A DNA stretch of 64,000 bases from Candidatus Eiseniibacteriota bacterium (GTDB lineage Bacteria > Eisenbacteria > RBG-16-71-46 > SZUA-252): the NCBI GenBank assembly GCA_963703225.1, contig OY969801.1, forward strand, positions 1,952,001 through 2,016,000, given 5' to 3'. Of the stretch, positions 1 through 8,851 are shown piece by piece (position 1 is the first letter of the stretch; the number at the start of each line of letters is the position of its first letter). A program made the translations under genes and the position numbers. Below the pieces are notes generated by a model. The model did not search any database. It saw only the letters and a list, made by a program, of their open reading frames with translations, and was not told the DNA's origin.

Positions 1-689
1 GGTCTCTCCTCGGCGAGGTGGAGGAGTACCTGGACCGCAAGCAGCCGGGGGAGGTGGACCCCGAGACGGTTCTCATGCTCAAGCGTCGGATTCGCGAGGT
101 CGAGGCCGTATCCGCCATTGACACGTTGAAACTGCGGCCGGAGCAGTCCCGGTTCCTGAATCTCCCCTTTTACCAGACCGGAGAGGTCCGGAAGGAGCCG
201 ATCGGCAAGCGAGACGTGGAGATCATCCTCGAACTGCTTGAGGAGCAGCGCCCGGAGATCATTCTCGTCGCCGGAGATCTCTCCGATCCACACGGCACAC
301 ACCGCATGTGCAAGGACGCGATCGACCTCGCGCTCGAGCAGTACAAAGGCGCAGCACCGGAGGTGTGGCTCTATCGCGGAGCCTGGGAGGAGTGGTCCAT
401 CTCCGAAGCCGACATTCTCGTACCGATGTCGGAGGAGGAGCTCCGGCTCAAGATCAGTGCGATCTTCAAGCACCAAAGTCAGAAGGACCGCGCGCCGTTC
501 CCCGGGGTCGACGAGCGCGAGTTCTGGCAGCGCGTCGAAGAGCGCAACAAGGGAACGGCGCGGCTAGTCGACCAGCTTGGACTGCCGGAGTATTACGCGA
601 TGGAGGCGCTTGTCGTTCAGCGCGGGACCGGGCCTAGGCCAAACGACCCCACGGCATCGCGCGGGCACGGGATTGCTCAGTCCCGCTGA
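1..689 (+). CDS. nagB: Long-form glucosamine-6-phosphate deaminase, C-terminal PIG-L-like part (5' truncated by window)
   Basis: Motifs LPFYQTG, AGDLSDPHGTHRMC, WLYRGAWEEW and AIFKHQSQKD-x-FPG-x-D-x-REFWQR are typical of two-domain NagB. Confidence 0.85.
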   Translation, partial: SLLGEVEEYLDRKQPGEVDPETVLMLKRRIREVEAVSAIDTLKLRPEQSRFLNLPFYQTGEVRKEPIGKRDVEIILELLEEQRPEIILVAGDLSDPHGTHRMCKDAIDLALEQYKGAAPEVWLYRGAWEEWSISEADILVPMSEEELRLKISAIFKHQSQKDRAPFPGVDEREFWQRVEERNKGTARLVDQLGLPEYYAMEALVVQRGTGPRPNDPTASRGHGIAQSR

Positions 690-3106
690 CGCTCGAGCAG
701 CGCCAGTCGCCGCGTCCCCGGATAGGGCTGGTCCGGCCCCTTGATCATGGCCCACAGGATCCTGTTGAAAAGATCCTCGTTGCCCGGATCTTCGCGGCTC
801 AGGTCCAGGCGCCGCGTGTCGCTGGCGGCCGCGGTGTGGGCGAGATTGCGCTCGTCCAGTGGCACGCTGGGGACCATCGCTGTGTAGGGTGCCAGGTCCG
901 GCTTTGCCGAGTAGATCCCCGAGAGCGGTCGTCCGAAGTGGTCGAACTGCGACAGAGACTCCAGCTTTAGGATCTGCGCGATCGTGGCCACAACGTCACT
1001 CGTATTCGCGAAGCGATGGATCACGCCGGGCCGGCTGTAGGCCGATAGAACCAGGAGTGGCGAGCGATGCGAGTCGACGTGGTCGGGACCATCCTGCGCG
1101 TCGTCCTCGACCACGAACACCACCGTATGTTTCCAGAACGGCGAATGTGAGAGCGCCTCGATGACGCGCCCGAGCGCGAGGTCGTTGTCAGCGACGTACG
1201 CGCGCGGAGTCGGCGCGCCGGCTTTCCCGCCCGCCGTGTGGTCATTCGGAAGTCGCAGGAAGGTGAGCGCCGGCATCGTTCCTGCAGCTACGAAGCCTCG
1301 AAACTCCTCGAGCCACGCGTCCGCGCGCTTCTGGTCGGTCGTTTCGAGATCCCATCCCGGAAAGTCCGGCGACGTGTTCGCCGCCAAAAGCGGCTTGGTG
1401 GCGGTCCACCGCCCGGAAGGCCCCCGGATGGTGAACTCGCCATAGTTACGGACCGTGATTCCCGCGCGCGCGGCGGAGTCCCACAAGTAGCCTGTGCCGG
1501 TCTCGTTCACGTCGTCTTCAGGAATCGTATCTCGATTCTCCCCCTCGAAATCATACGATCGGCCACGATCGGAGTAGACGCTTGGGATGGTCTTCTCGAC
1601 GTAGTCCGGCGCGTAGGCGGCGGTCGTCCAGTCATGGCCATCCCCGCTAACTTCGCCGTTTACGAAGAAACGGTCGAAGAGACCGAAGCGCTCGGCTAGG
1701 CCGTGATGATTGGGCGTCACGGCGCGAGGGAAAAAGACGAGTGAGGTGTCGCCGTCCCCCGCACGCAGGTCACCGAACACCTGGTCATACGTGCGGTTCT
1801 CCTTGATGATGTAGATCACGTGCCTGAACGGTGGGTACGCCGCCCGCACGGGCGTTCGGTTCCACCCTTCGGCACGCGCGACGCGACGCGACAGAGCGGC
1901 GAGAGCGCCAGCCGTCGGAAGCGCGAGCGTCGTGAGCGAGCCGGTTGTCTGCCCGAGCGTGTAGGACCCTGGGGCAGGCTCCGACTTGACACCGGGCTGG
2001 CGCCGGTGGGGATTTGGCGCAGTCCCGAGCCCCTTGCCATTCAGCACGAAGAGCGCCCGGTCCCGAAGGAGAACCGCGGTGGGGTACCACTCAACCGGCA
2101 CGCGCCCAAGGAGCCTGTCACCGCCGGCCGCCCCCGGCGCGTCAGCCGTCGCGCCGCCCAGCCCGAACACGGCCGTCGCGTTGTTATCGGCTTCCGCCAC
2201 ATAGAGCGTACGGCCATCGCGAGAGAGGGTGAGCCCGTTCGGGGTGGCGCCCTCAGGCGGTCCCGTCGCGGCCGCGTCGCTCAGCTCCGCGATCACCGAA
2301 TCGCGACGCGTGTCCACAACCGCGATCCGATCGAAGCTCGCGCGGGTGACGAAGAGCCGCGTTCCCTGCGGGTTCAGTGTGATCGCCGACGGATGGCGCC
2401 CCACGGGGATGCGCGGACCTGCGACGAGCCGGCCTTCGCGGGGGAAAAACGTCGCGATCCACGAGCCGCCCCAGGCCGAGACGTACACGCGTCCATCCAG
2501 ACTCACCGCGACTCCGTAGGGGTAGCGGCCAGTCGCCACCCGCTGAACGACGCGGCCGGAGCCGAGGTCGACGACGGCCAGGGAGTCGGCCAGATTTTCC
2601 GCGACGTAAAGCCGTCTGCCGTCCGGCGAGACCGCGAGTCCCGATGGGTAGCGAACCCCCCGGCCGACCACCCCCTTGGAATCGAGCCTGATGCTGTCCG
2701 AAAGGGCCGCCGAATCGGCATCCCACGCGTACCGGTAGACGACGTCCTGGCTCCCTCCGGAGGCGAAGAGCGAGCGCCCGTCAGGGGTGAACGCGAGACC
2801 CAGAAACGCGGCTGGTTGAACAAGCGCCTGGCAGACCTCCCGGCGTGCGGGATTCACGACCTGGATCCCCTGCTCGCGGAATCCGCAGAGCAAGACGACC
2901 ACGCGGGCGGAATCGGGGCTGAACGTCATCGCGAGCGGCATCGACCCGAGCGCGACCGAGGGGCCCGCCGGGTCGAGAGTGACCCCGGTGGGAAGGTGGC
3001 GCGTGTCCGCCTCCGGCCGCGAGCAGGCCACCATCATCGCCGCCGCGAGGAGCGGAATGTGCGCGAGGCGCTGGAACGTCCGGTACGACTCCTTCACGTT
3101 CTCCAC
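677..3106 (-). CDS. YVTN/YncE beta-propeller plus phosphoesterase/alkaline-phosphatase-family lipoprotein
   Basis: Lipobox MVAC; repeated SPDG-x-LYV propeller blades; HVIYIIKENRTYDQVFGD, LPNDHT and EDDAQDGPDHVDSHRS motifs. Confidence 0.85.
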   Translation of the reverse strand: MENVKESYRTFQRLAHIPLLAAAMMVACSRPEADTRHLPTGVTLDPAGPSVALGSMPLAMTFSPDSARVVVLLCGFREQGIQVVNPARREVCQALVQPAAFLGLAFTPDGRSLFASGGSQDVVYRYAWDADSAALSDSIRLDSKGVVGRGVRYPSGLAVSPDGRRLYVAENLADSLAVVDLGSGRVVQRVATGRYPYGVAVSLDGRVYVSAWGGSWIATFFPREGRLVAGPRIPVGRHPSAITLNPQGTRLFVTRASFDRIAVVDTRRDSVIAELSDAAATGPPEGATPNGLTLSRDGRTLYVAEADNNATAVFGLGGATADAPGAAGGDRLLGRVPVEWYPTAVLLRDRALFVLNGKGLGTAPNPHRRQPGVKSEPAPGSYTLGQTTGSLTTLALPTAGALAALSRRVARAEGWNRTPVRAAYPPFRHVIYIIKENRTYDQVFGDLRAGDGDTSLVFFPRAVTPNHHGLAERFGLFDRFFVNGEVSGDGHDWTTAAYAPDYVEKTIPSVYSDRGRSYDFEGENRDTIPEDDVNETGTGYLWDSAARAGITVRNYGEFTIRGPSGRWTATKPLLAANTSPDFPGWDLETTDQKRADAWLEEFRGFVAAGTMPALTFLRLPNDHTAGGKAGAPTPRAYVADNDLALGRVIEALSHSPFWKHTVVFVVEDDAQDGPDHVDSHRSPLLVLSAYSRPGVIHRFANTSDVVATIAQILKLESLSQFDHFGRPLSGIYSAKPDLAPYTAMVPSVPLDERNLAHTAAASDTRRLDLSREDPGNEDLFNRILWAMIKGPDQPYPGTRRLALLERQRD

Positions 3107-3144
3107 TTCCCATCCCTCTCTAGCTCAGCCACACCTGATACAGG

Positions 3145-3738
3145 TCATGTCCTAGCTTTCCTCCCATGGAGTAGGCGCGCCAGGGCGATGAGCTGATCCA
3201 GGAGTTGACCGACGAGTTCGGCTGTCTTCGTATCCGTGAGGCGTCCCTCACCATCAAACTTCTCATGCGCGCGACCGACGAGCACTTCGGGCCGGAGCAC
3301 CGCGCACGCCTCCGAGAAACCGAACGATTCCCGAAGCTGGGACTGCGCCCGAGCTGTTCCCGTGAAGCCGGGCGAAGCGCCCATGATCGCGACCGGCTTG
3401 CCCTGCAGCGGGGACTTGCCCGGCGGCCGTGACGCCCAATCGAGTGCGTTCTTCAGAACCCCGGGTACGCCGTGCTGGTATTCGGGCGTCACGATGAGGA
3501 GGGCATCCGCGCTCCGGATGGCATCCTTGAACGCTGCGACTGGACCCGGGTCTCCGGCCTCCTCGACGTCGAAGTTGTAGAGCGGGATATCTCGGAGGTC
3601 GAAGATATCGATCTTCATCCTGGACGGCGCCATCTCGACGGCCGCCCGAAGGAGGCGTCGGTTGAGCGAGTCGCGCCGAAGGCTCCCCGCAAATCCGAGG
3701 ACCCGGAGCGTATCGTCGCCTGGTGCACCGCCCGGCAT
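3145..3738 (-). CDS. NADPH-dependent FMN reductase (ChrR-like flavodoxin fold)
   Basis: GSLRRDSLN, TPEYQHGVPGVLKNALDWASR, MGASPG-x-GTARAQ. Confidence 0.9.
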   Translation of the reverse strand: MPGGAPGDDTLRVLGFAGSLRRDSLNRRLLRAAVEMAPSRMKIDIFDLRDIPLYNFDVEEAGDPGPVAAFKDAIRSADALLIVTPEYQHGVPGVLKNALDWASRPPGKSPLQGKPVAIMGASPGFTGTARAQSQLRESFGFSEACAVLRPEVLVGRAHEKFDGEGRLTDTKTAELVGQLLDQLIALARLLHGRKART

Positions 3739-3741
3739 CGG

Positions 3742-3932
3742 CTAGCCTCCCTTGCCCACCTTCAGGAATGTACCGTCCTGGAGTTCCTCGAACGCTTCCC
3801 GCAATTGATCCTGGGTAGAAATGGATCGAACTCACTCGGATCGCCGAATCCGAACGCGCGGCGCAAATGCACGCCGGCGCCTGCCAAAGTGGGCTTCGCC
3901 TTGACGAGCCGCTTTACGGGTCTTACGGACAT
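3742..3932 (-). pseudogene. Pirin-family gene relic with large internal deletion
   Basis: Manual translation: MSVRPVKRLVKAKPTLAGAGVHLRRAFGFGDPSEFDPFL (pirin N-terminus) joined out of frame near 3816 to TQDQLREAFEELQDGTFLKVGKGG* (pirin C-terminus); not in the ORF track. Confidence 0.8.
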
Positions 3933-3938
3933 AAGGGC

Positions 3939-4502
3939 CTACCGTGACTTTTCGGCGGGCGTCTCCTCGGCCTCCTCAAGGGCGGCGAGGAGGCTCTGCT
4001 TATCCCACGACCCATCGAACCGCGCGCCGTTGATGAAGAATGTGGGTGTGCCATTGACCCCGCTTCTCACGCCGCTCGTGAAGTCCTCCCGTACGCGGGC
4101 GGCGTGCGTGTGTGTCTCAAGCTCGCGGGCAAGCCGCTCGGAATCGAGACCCAGCCGGGCCGCGCATGCGACGAGATCCCGCGGTCGGAGGGCATCCTGA
4201 TGCTCGAATAGCGTGTCGTGCATCTCCCAGAATTTCCCTTGCACGCCGGCGGCCTCGGCGGTCTCGGCCGCGTTCGTCGCGTTCGGATGCGCCTCGCTCA
4301 GGGGGAAATTGCGAAACACAAACCGCAGACGCGGGCCGAGCGCCTTTTGGATGGCCTTCACGATCGGATAGGCTCGCCCGCAGTAGGGGCATTCATAGTC
4401 CCCGTATTCTACGAGGCTGACGGGCGCATTCGGCGGACCCTGGGCGTGGTCGCGATCGCCAACCGGTAGAACGAGGGTGGGGCCGTGATGTCCGCGATTC
4501 AT
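3939..4502 (-). CDS. DsbA-family thioredoxin-fold protein
   Basis: LVEYGDYECPYC, FRNFPL, GVNGTPTFFING. Confidence 0.9.
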   Translation of the reverse strand: MNRGHHGPTLVLPVGDRDHAQGPPNAPVSLVEYGDYECPYCGRAYPIVKAIQKALGPRLRFVFRNFPLSEAHPNATNAAETAEAAGVQGKFWEMHDTLFEHQDALRPRDLVACAARLGLDSERLARELETHTHAARVREDFTSGVRSGVNGTPTFFINGARFDGSWDKQSLLAALEEAEETPAEKSR

Positions 4503-5020
4503 GACTTACTCCCCTCATGTTGGAGTGCCTCTAGCGCTGCAAGAATGCCTTCGGCCCCCGGGTTGACGCCCACCGGCGAGACGTGGCTCCAGCGGATCAC
4601 ACCCTCGGCGTCGATGACGAACAGGGCTCGCTCGGTGGTGCCATCCGAGTCGCGATAGACACCATAGGCTCGCGCGACCGCGCCCTTTGGCTCGAAATCG
4701 GCCAGCAGGGGGAAATGCAGCTTCCGATTCGACGCGAAGGCCGCGTGACACCAAGCCCCATCCACTGAGATCCCGAGGAGCGCCGCGTGGTGGCGTCGGA
4801 ATTCTGGCAAGATCTCGTTGTAGAGCGCCATCTGGTCGCTGCAAACCAGGCTCCAGTCGGCAGGATAAAAGGCCAGGATTACCGACTGTCCGCGAAAGTC
4901 CGACAAGGTAACCGCCTGATCCGGCGTGGTCTTCAGCGTGAACTCGGGCGCGCGGCTCCCCGCCTGGAGGGCGCGCCCCTGGTTCGGCCTCGCGCTGAAG
5001 GTCTTCTTGTTGTTGGCCAT
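4499..5020 (-). CDS. Peroxiredoxin/redoxin (AhpE-like)
   Basis: FYPADWSLVC peroxidatic motif, GISVD, ERALFVID; ATGA overlap with the DsbA-like gene. Confidence 0.88.
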   Translation of the reverse strand: MANNKKTFSARPNQGRALQAGSRAPEFTLKTTPDQAVTLSDFRGQSVILAFYPADWSLVCSDQMALYNEILPEFRRHHAALLGISVDGAWCHAAFASNRKLHFPLLADFEPKGAVARAYGVYRDSDGTTERALFVIDAEGVIRWSHVSPVGVNPGAEGILAALEALQHEGSKS

Positions 5021-5030
5021 GGGCCCTCCC

Positions 5031-5864
5031 TTATGCCTTCGAGCCGGCTGTGACGTGCTGGCTGGCCCAATCGATCGCGAAGTCCGCGACCTCTTCCCAG
5101 CCCCCTTCCCCGAGGATGTAGTGCGAGCGGCCGGGGAATTCCTTGTAATCGGTGATCGACTTCGACTTCTTGTAGAGCTTGTAGTTCATCTCGACGAGCG
5201 ACGGCGGCGAGACGTGGTCCTTGGCCCCGGCGATGAGCAAGAGCGGCGCGCGGCCGTCGTTGCGGAAATTGACGGATGTCTCCGCGTGGGGGTTCAGGTT
5301 CGCGAACCCCGCCTGGAAGAGCACGTGGTCCGGCCCCGGCACGGCGTAGCGCTCATAGACCTTCCCCGATTCCTCCTCGCTCAGGTTATTGCCGAACGCG
5401 TAGTGGAACTGTTCGGCCGTCAGCGGCGCCACCTTGTGAAGGTTCGCCGGGTTGCTGAGGGCCGGGAACGAGACCTTGAGCGTGGAGAACGGCAAGAGCA
5501 GGACGCCTTTCACCGGGGCGGACGCGATGGCCACGCCGGCCGCGCCGAACCCGCGGTCGATCAGGATCTGCACGAAGAGCCCACCGAATGAGTGGCCCAT
5601 GATGATCGGCGGTCGGTCGAGCTCGCCGATGATCCGTTCGTAATGATCGACGATCTTGGAGACGCCGAGATCGGCGAGGCGAGACGGCTCGCGCCGCAGT
5701 TGCTCGATGTCCCCGTCCATTCCGGGCCAACCCCGATTGATCACGCGGTAGCCGCGGTCCGTGTAGCGTTTGCTCCACTTCTCCCAGCTCAGGGGCGTCA
5801 TCCAGAGGCCATGGATGAAGAGGACGGTATCCGATGAGGCGGATGTTCCGGTGCTCGTGGTCAC
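5031..5864 (-). CDS. Alpha/beta hydrolase
   Basis: FIHGLWMTPLSW, GHSFGG nucleophile elbow, D and H triad candidates; GTG start at 5864 preceded by GGAGGAG. Confidence 0.85.
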   Translation of the reverse strand: MTTSTGTSASSDTVLFIHGLWMTPLSWEKWSKRYTDRGYRVINRGWPGMDGDIEQLRREPSRLADLGVSKIVDHYERIIGELDRPPIIMGHSFGGLFVQILIDRGFGAAGVAIASAPVKGVLLLPFSTLKVSFPALSNPANLHKVAPLTAEQFHYAFGNNLSEEESGKVYERYAVPGPDHVLFQAGFANLNPHAETSVNFRNDGRAPLLLIAGAKDHVSPPSLVEMNYKLYKKSKSITDYKEFPGRSHYILGEGGWEEVADFAIDWASQHVTAGSKA

Positions 5865-6021
5865 GGCAAGCTCCTCCAGTATGCTTAGAATTGTTTCGTC
5901 TGCGCCTCGAGTGCGTCGCCCAAAGCCTCGACGAAATGTCATAGTCGCAACATCGGCAGCGGGTTCCAGGGATGCGTCACGAAGCGCTGGAACGACAGCT
6001 GGAACAGGCGCCTATGAAATC

Positions 6022-6106
6022 CTTCGTTAGGTCGTCGGCGTAGGTATCGGTGCCGTCCTCGGTCGTGATACAGCTCGCCGAACTGACGCTCCTGCGCTGT
6101 GCTCAT
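6022..6106 (-). pseudogene. Relic of a non-heme haloperoxidase/arylesterase (Cpo-type) gene
   Basis: Manual translation reads SCITTEDGT-DTYADDL, two motifs (N-terminal ITTxDGT and internal DTYADDL) that are normally tens of residues apart in Cpo-type hydrolases. Confidence 0.55.
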
Positions 6107-6134
6107 GATGTCACCGGGCTGATTGGCTACAGCG

Positions 6135-6725
6135 CTACTTGGCCCGCACCAGCGGAACGTCGACGACGTGCTCCGCAACGAACCAGACCTGGGCCTCATT
6201 GGTGCGGATGACATTGCTCACGATGAGATCGTTCGAACCGTCGTCGCCTCGGTCGGCCGCCTGCCGCGCCATGGTGCGCGCTTCCTTGAGCACGATCTCG
6301 TGGGCGTGAAGGAGCCTGGAAACTTGTCCTGGAACGCCTTCGCGCCCCTTTGGCGCCCGCGGGATCAGGGTAGTTTCCGCCACGTCATGAGCCATCGCGA
6401 GGCTCACCCCGCCCAATGCCTGAATCCGCTCTGCGATGGCATCCACGAGGCCGCCCTGCTCTTCGAAATGCTTGTCGAAGAGGAGGTGGAGCGAATAGAA
6501 GGTCGGGCCCGCGACCTGCCAGTGGTGTTTCTTGTAGAGATCGCGAAGGGTCATGGTGTCCGCGAGGAGCTGGTTCAGGTTCTCGACGCTCTCAGCGCAG
6601 ACCGATTCGTCCAACGCGATCGGCATCCGAACGATGTGGCCGAAGGGCTGTATTTCGTGGGCCCGCTGCTGCTGCAAGGGGGTGGCTTGGCGTAGGATTT
6701 CATCTGCGTCGATGGTCTTCGTCAT
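6135..6725 (-). CDS. dps: DNA starvation/stationary-phase protection protein Dps
   Basis: LNQLLADT-x-LYKKHHWQVAGPTFYSLHLLFD and D-x-IAERI ferroxidase motifs; ATG at 6725 with GAGGAG upstream. Confidence 0.92.
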   Translation of the reverse strand: MTKTIDADEILRQATPLQQQRAHEIQPFGHIVRMPIALDESVCAESVENLNQLLADTMTLRDLYKKHHWQVAGPTFYSLHLLFDKHFEEQGGLVDAIAERIQALGGVSLAMAHDVAETTLIPRAPKGREGVPGQVSRLLHAHEIVLKEARTMARQAADRGDDGSNDLIVSNVIRTNEAQVWFVAEHVVDVPLVRAK

Positions 6726-6851
6726 GGCAGGGGCACTCCTCGGTTTACCCGGGTTGATGGTCCACTTGATCGCCTCGCCGAGCCTGGCAGGAGCCTGCGA
6801 GGGCAGGGCTTGCCGTCTCGCGAGGGGGTTGAGTCTGAAGAAGGAACTCCG

Positions 6852-6894
6852 TCCCCGCAAGGTTACAAAGCTGTAACGGAGGTCTCCCCGCAAG
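6852..6894. promoter_or_regulatory. Palindrome GTTACA-N4-TGTAAC flanked by 10-bp direct repeats TCCCCGCAAG, upstream of dps
   Basis: Palindrome 6862-6877; repeats 6852-6861 and 6885-6894. Confidence 0.45.
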
Positions 6895-6912
6895 TGGCTC
6901 TCTACACCGCGG

Positions 6913-8811
6913 TTAGTCGGGTTTCGGCAGGTCCGCCAGCATTCGGGTGGAAGAATCTCCGCGGAATAGAACGACCAGCAATAGAGCCATCATGGCCGAC
7001 AACCCGCCTAACACTTGACCGATTCGTTCCTGCTTCAGTGCATCCAGCGTTATGGCAACCTCATGCTCGCCAGGTGGTACCGAAATCTGAATCAAACCCA
7101 ACTCAGAAGGGTGTACCGGCAGACTCTGTGGCACACCCTGGATCTTGGCGGTCCATCCCGGGAAAAAGAATTGATGGATGGTGAAATCGGCGCCCGTGAT
7201 TGCGCTTACCTGAATAACAATTCTCCTGGGCTGCCACTGCCTGATGAGCCAACTTGCCTGCCCTCCACTGCTCTGCACCATCGGCAACCGTTTGCCCAAG
7301 TTGGTGAGCGCCCCCACATTGAAGATCCCCTTGGGGACCCAGCGCGGTCGGTGTTCCTCGGCTCCCAGGCCAGCCGCAATCCTCGGGGCACTACCCAAGT
7401 CGTCCAGCCTCGAGAACAGAATGCGCTTATAGCTATAGCCGTAGCTGGCCAAGCAGGTGCTAACAGCTAGCACCCCACCGATCCAGAACAGCCTATGCCT
7501 GGCAACGGCAATGGGCCTTTGAATGAAGAACATCCCGACCAATAGCAATGCGATGAAGCAAAGGGGTAGCACCGTACTGCGACTCCCAGGAAAGCTAATC
7601 GCCTTCTGGAGCGGCAGCAGCTGTATCACCGTCGCAACAGCGACGACCGCCCCCACCAGCACCACAGCGCCCAGCAGGTTCATCCGATCACCCGCCGGGA
7701 AGATATCGCGTAGGGGCAATTGTGAGCCCGCACGTGCCAAGAGTCCGACGGTAGCGACCGCCAGGACCGTATCGAAGCGCCACGGGAATTGGACTCTCTG
7801 TATTGCCGGCAATGCGGCCCAGACAATCTGGCTTACGGGAAGCGTCATGAAGAGTGAGAAGAGTGCGACAATGACCCAATAATTACTCTCTCGCGCCGAT
7901 TTGGCCCTGGAGGAACTGATCGACAACTTCCAGGCGCACACCGCCAATCCTCCGGTCAGTACGGTTAATAGCTCCAGGCTTCGCCAAAACGTCCTGTCGT
8001 GGCCGACCGCGGGGCCCGCGAACAGAAAATTGTTCGCATACTGATACATCCTCGCTGACATGACCTCCATCGAAACCGAGTCTTGCGTCGTGATCGCCGG
8101 CAGCCAATAGATTGCCGACAGGCCGACAGCAAGAACTGCGGCCAGTCCTAGACGAATGGAAACGAGGCGCCACTGGGCGCGGTCCGCTAGGAAGAAGACA
8201 TAACCGATGGGGACAGGGAGAAAGATGATCAGCGTTGGAAGATGGGTTAGAGCCAACAGAGCAAGGCTGACCGCCAATCCGATGACGCCGCGCCTCGAGC
8301 CTCTGGCGACTTTGATGCAGAAGTACAGAATCAAAGGCAACCAGACAAAGGACCAATATTCGGCAAATGCGAAGCGGGTGTAGAGATCGACGGCCAAGTG
8401 ATAGGGCCAGACCATGTACGCAAGAGCGGCGATGAACGCGGGGGTCCTGGGAGCAATTTCCTTAAGCCAGAGATAGGCCGTCAGTCCAGAGGCCACCAGA
8501 GCAAGGAGGCTGGATAGGCCGAGCGCGTTGCAAATCGACGTGCTGAAGTGAGAGAGAGGTGAAAGGAGACTGGTGAAGTAGTAGGGAATGGGTGGGTAGA
8601 AGAAGAATGTTGGGCTTCCGAAGCCCGCGTTCATTCCTTGGAGCCAACGTGGATAGAGATCTCCGTGCCAAAACTGCGCGGAAAAATAGCGGCTATAGAT
8701 TAGATGGTATTCAAAATCGTGACCAACGAGGCAACCATTGATGAGCGCCGGGACCGTCAGAATTACCCCAAAGCCGACGATCGCGGCGATGTGAGCCTTT
8801 GCGGTGCCGAT
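6913..8811 (-). CDS. PTPS-related/YfhO-like polytopic membrane protein (GT-C fold glycosyltransferase-like); start uncertain
   Basis: Frame is open upstream of the track ATG (8634) through GHDFEYH...GDLYPRW...MNAGFGSPTFFFYPP; QFPWRF and FFPGW motifs; no ATG/GTG/TTG before the first helix, ATC at 8811 is the best candidate. Confidence 0.72.
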   Translation of the reverse strand: MGTAKAHIAAIVGFGVILTVPALINGCLVGHDFEYHLIYSRYFSAQFWHGDLYPRWLQGMNAGFGSPTFFFYPPIPYYFTSLLSPLSHFSTSICNALGLSSLLALVASGLTAYLWLKEIAPRTPAFIAALAYMVWPYHLAVDLYTRFAFAEYWSFVWLPLILYFCIKVARGSRRGVIGLAVSLALLALTHLPTLIIFLPVPIGYVFFLADRAQWRLVSIRLGLAAVLAVGLSAIYWLPAITTQDSVSMEVMSARMYQYANNFLFAGPAVGHDRTFWRSLELLTVLTGGLAVCAWKLSISSSRAKSARESNYWVIVALFSLFMTLPVSQIVWAALPAIQRVQFPWRFDTVLAVATVGLLARAGSQLPLRDIFPAGDRMNLLGAVVLVGAVVAVATVIQLLPLQKAISFPGSRSTVLPLCFIALLLVGMFFIQRPIAVARHRLFWIGGVLAVSTCLASYGYSYKRILFSRLDDLGSAPRIAAGLGAEEHRPRWVPKGIFNVGALTNLGKRLPMVQSSGGQASWLIRQWQPRRIVIQVSAITGADFTIHQFFFPGWTAKIQGVPQSLPVHPSELGLIQISVPPGEHEVAITLDALKQERIGQVLGGLSAMMALLLVVLFRGDSSTRMLADLPKPD

Positions 8812-8851
8812 GGTCTCAGTCCCCCCGCCGGCTGCGCCCGCTTGCGCCTCG

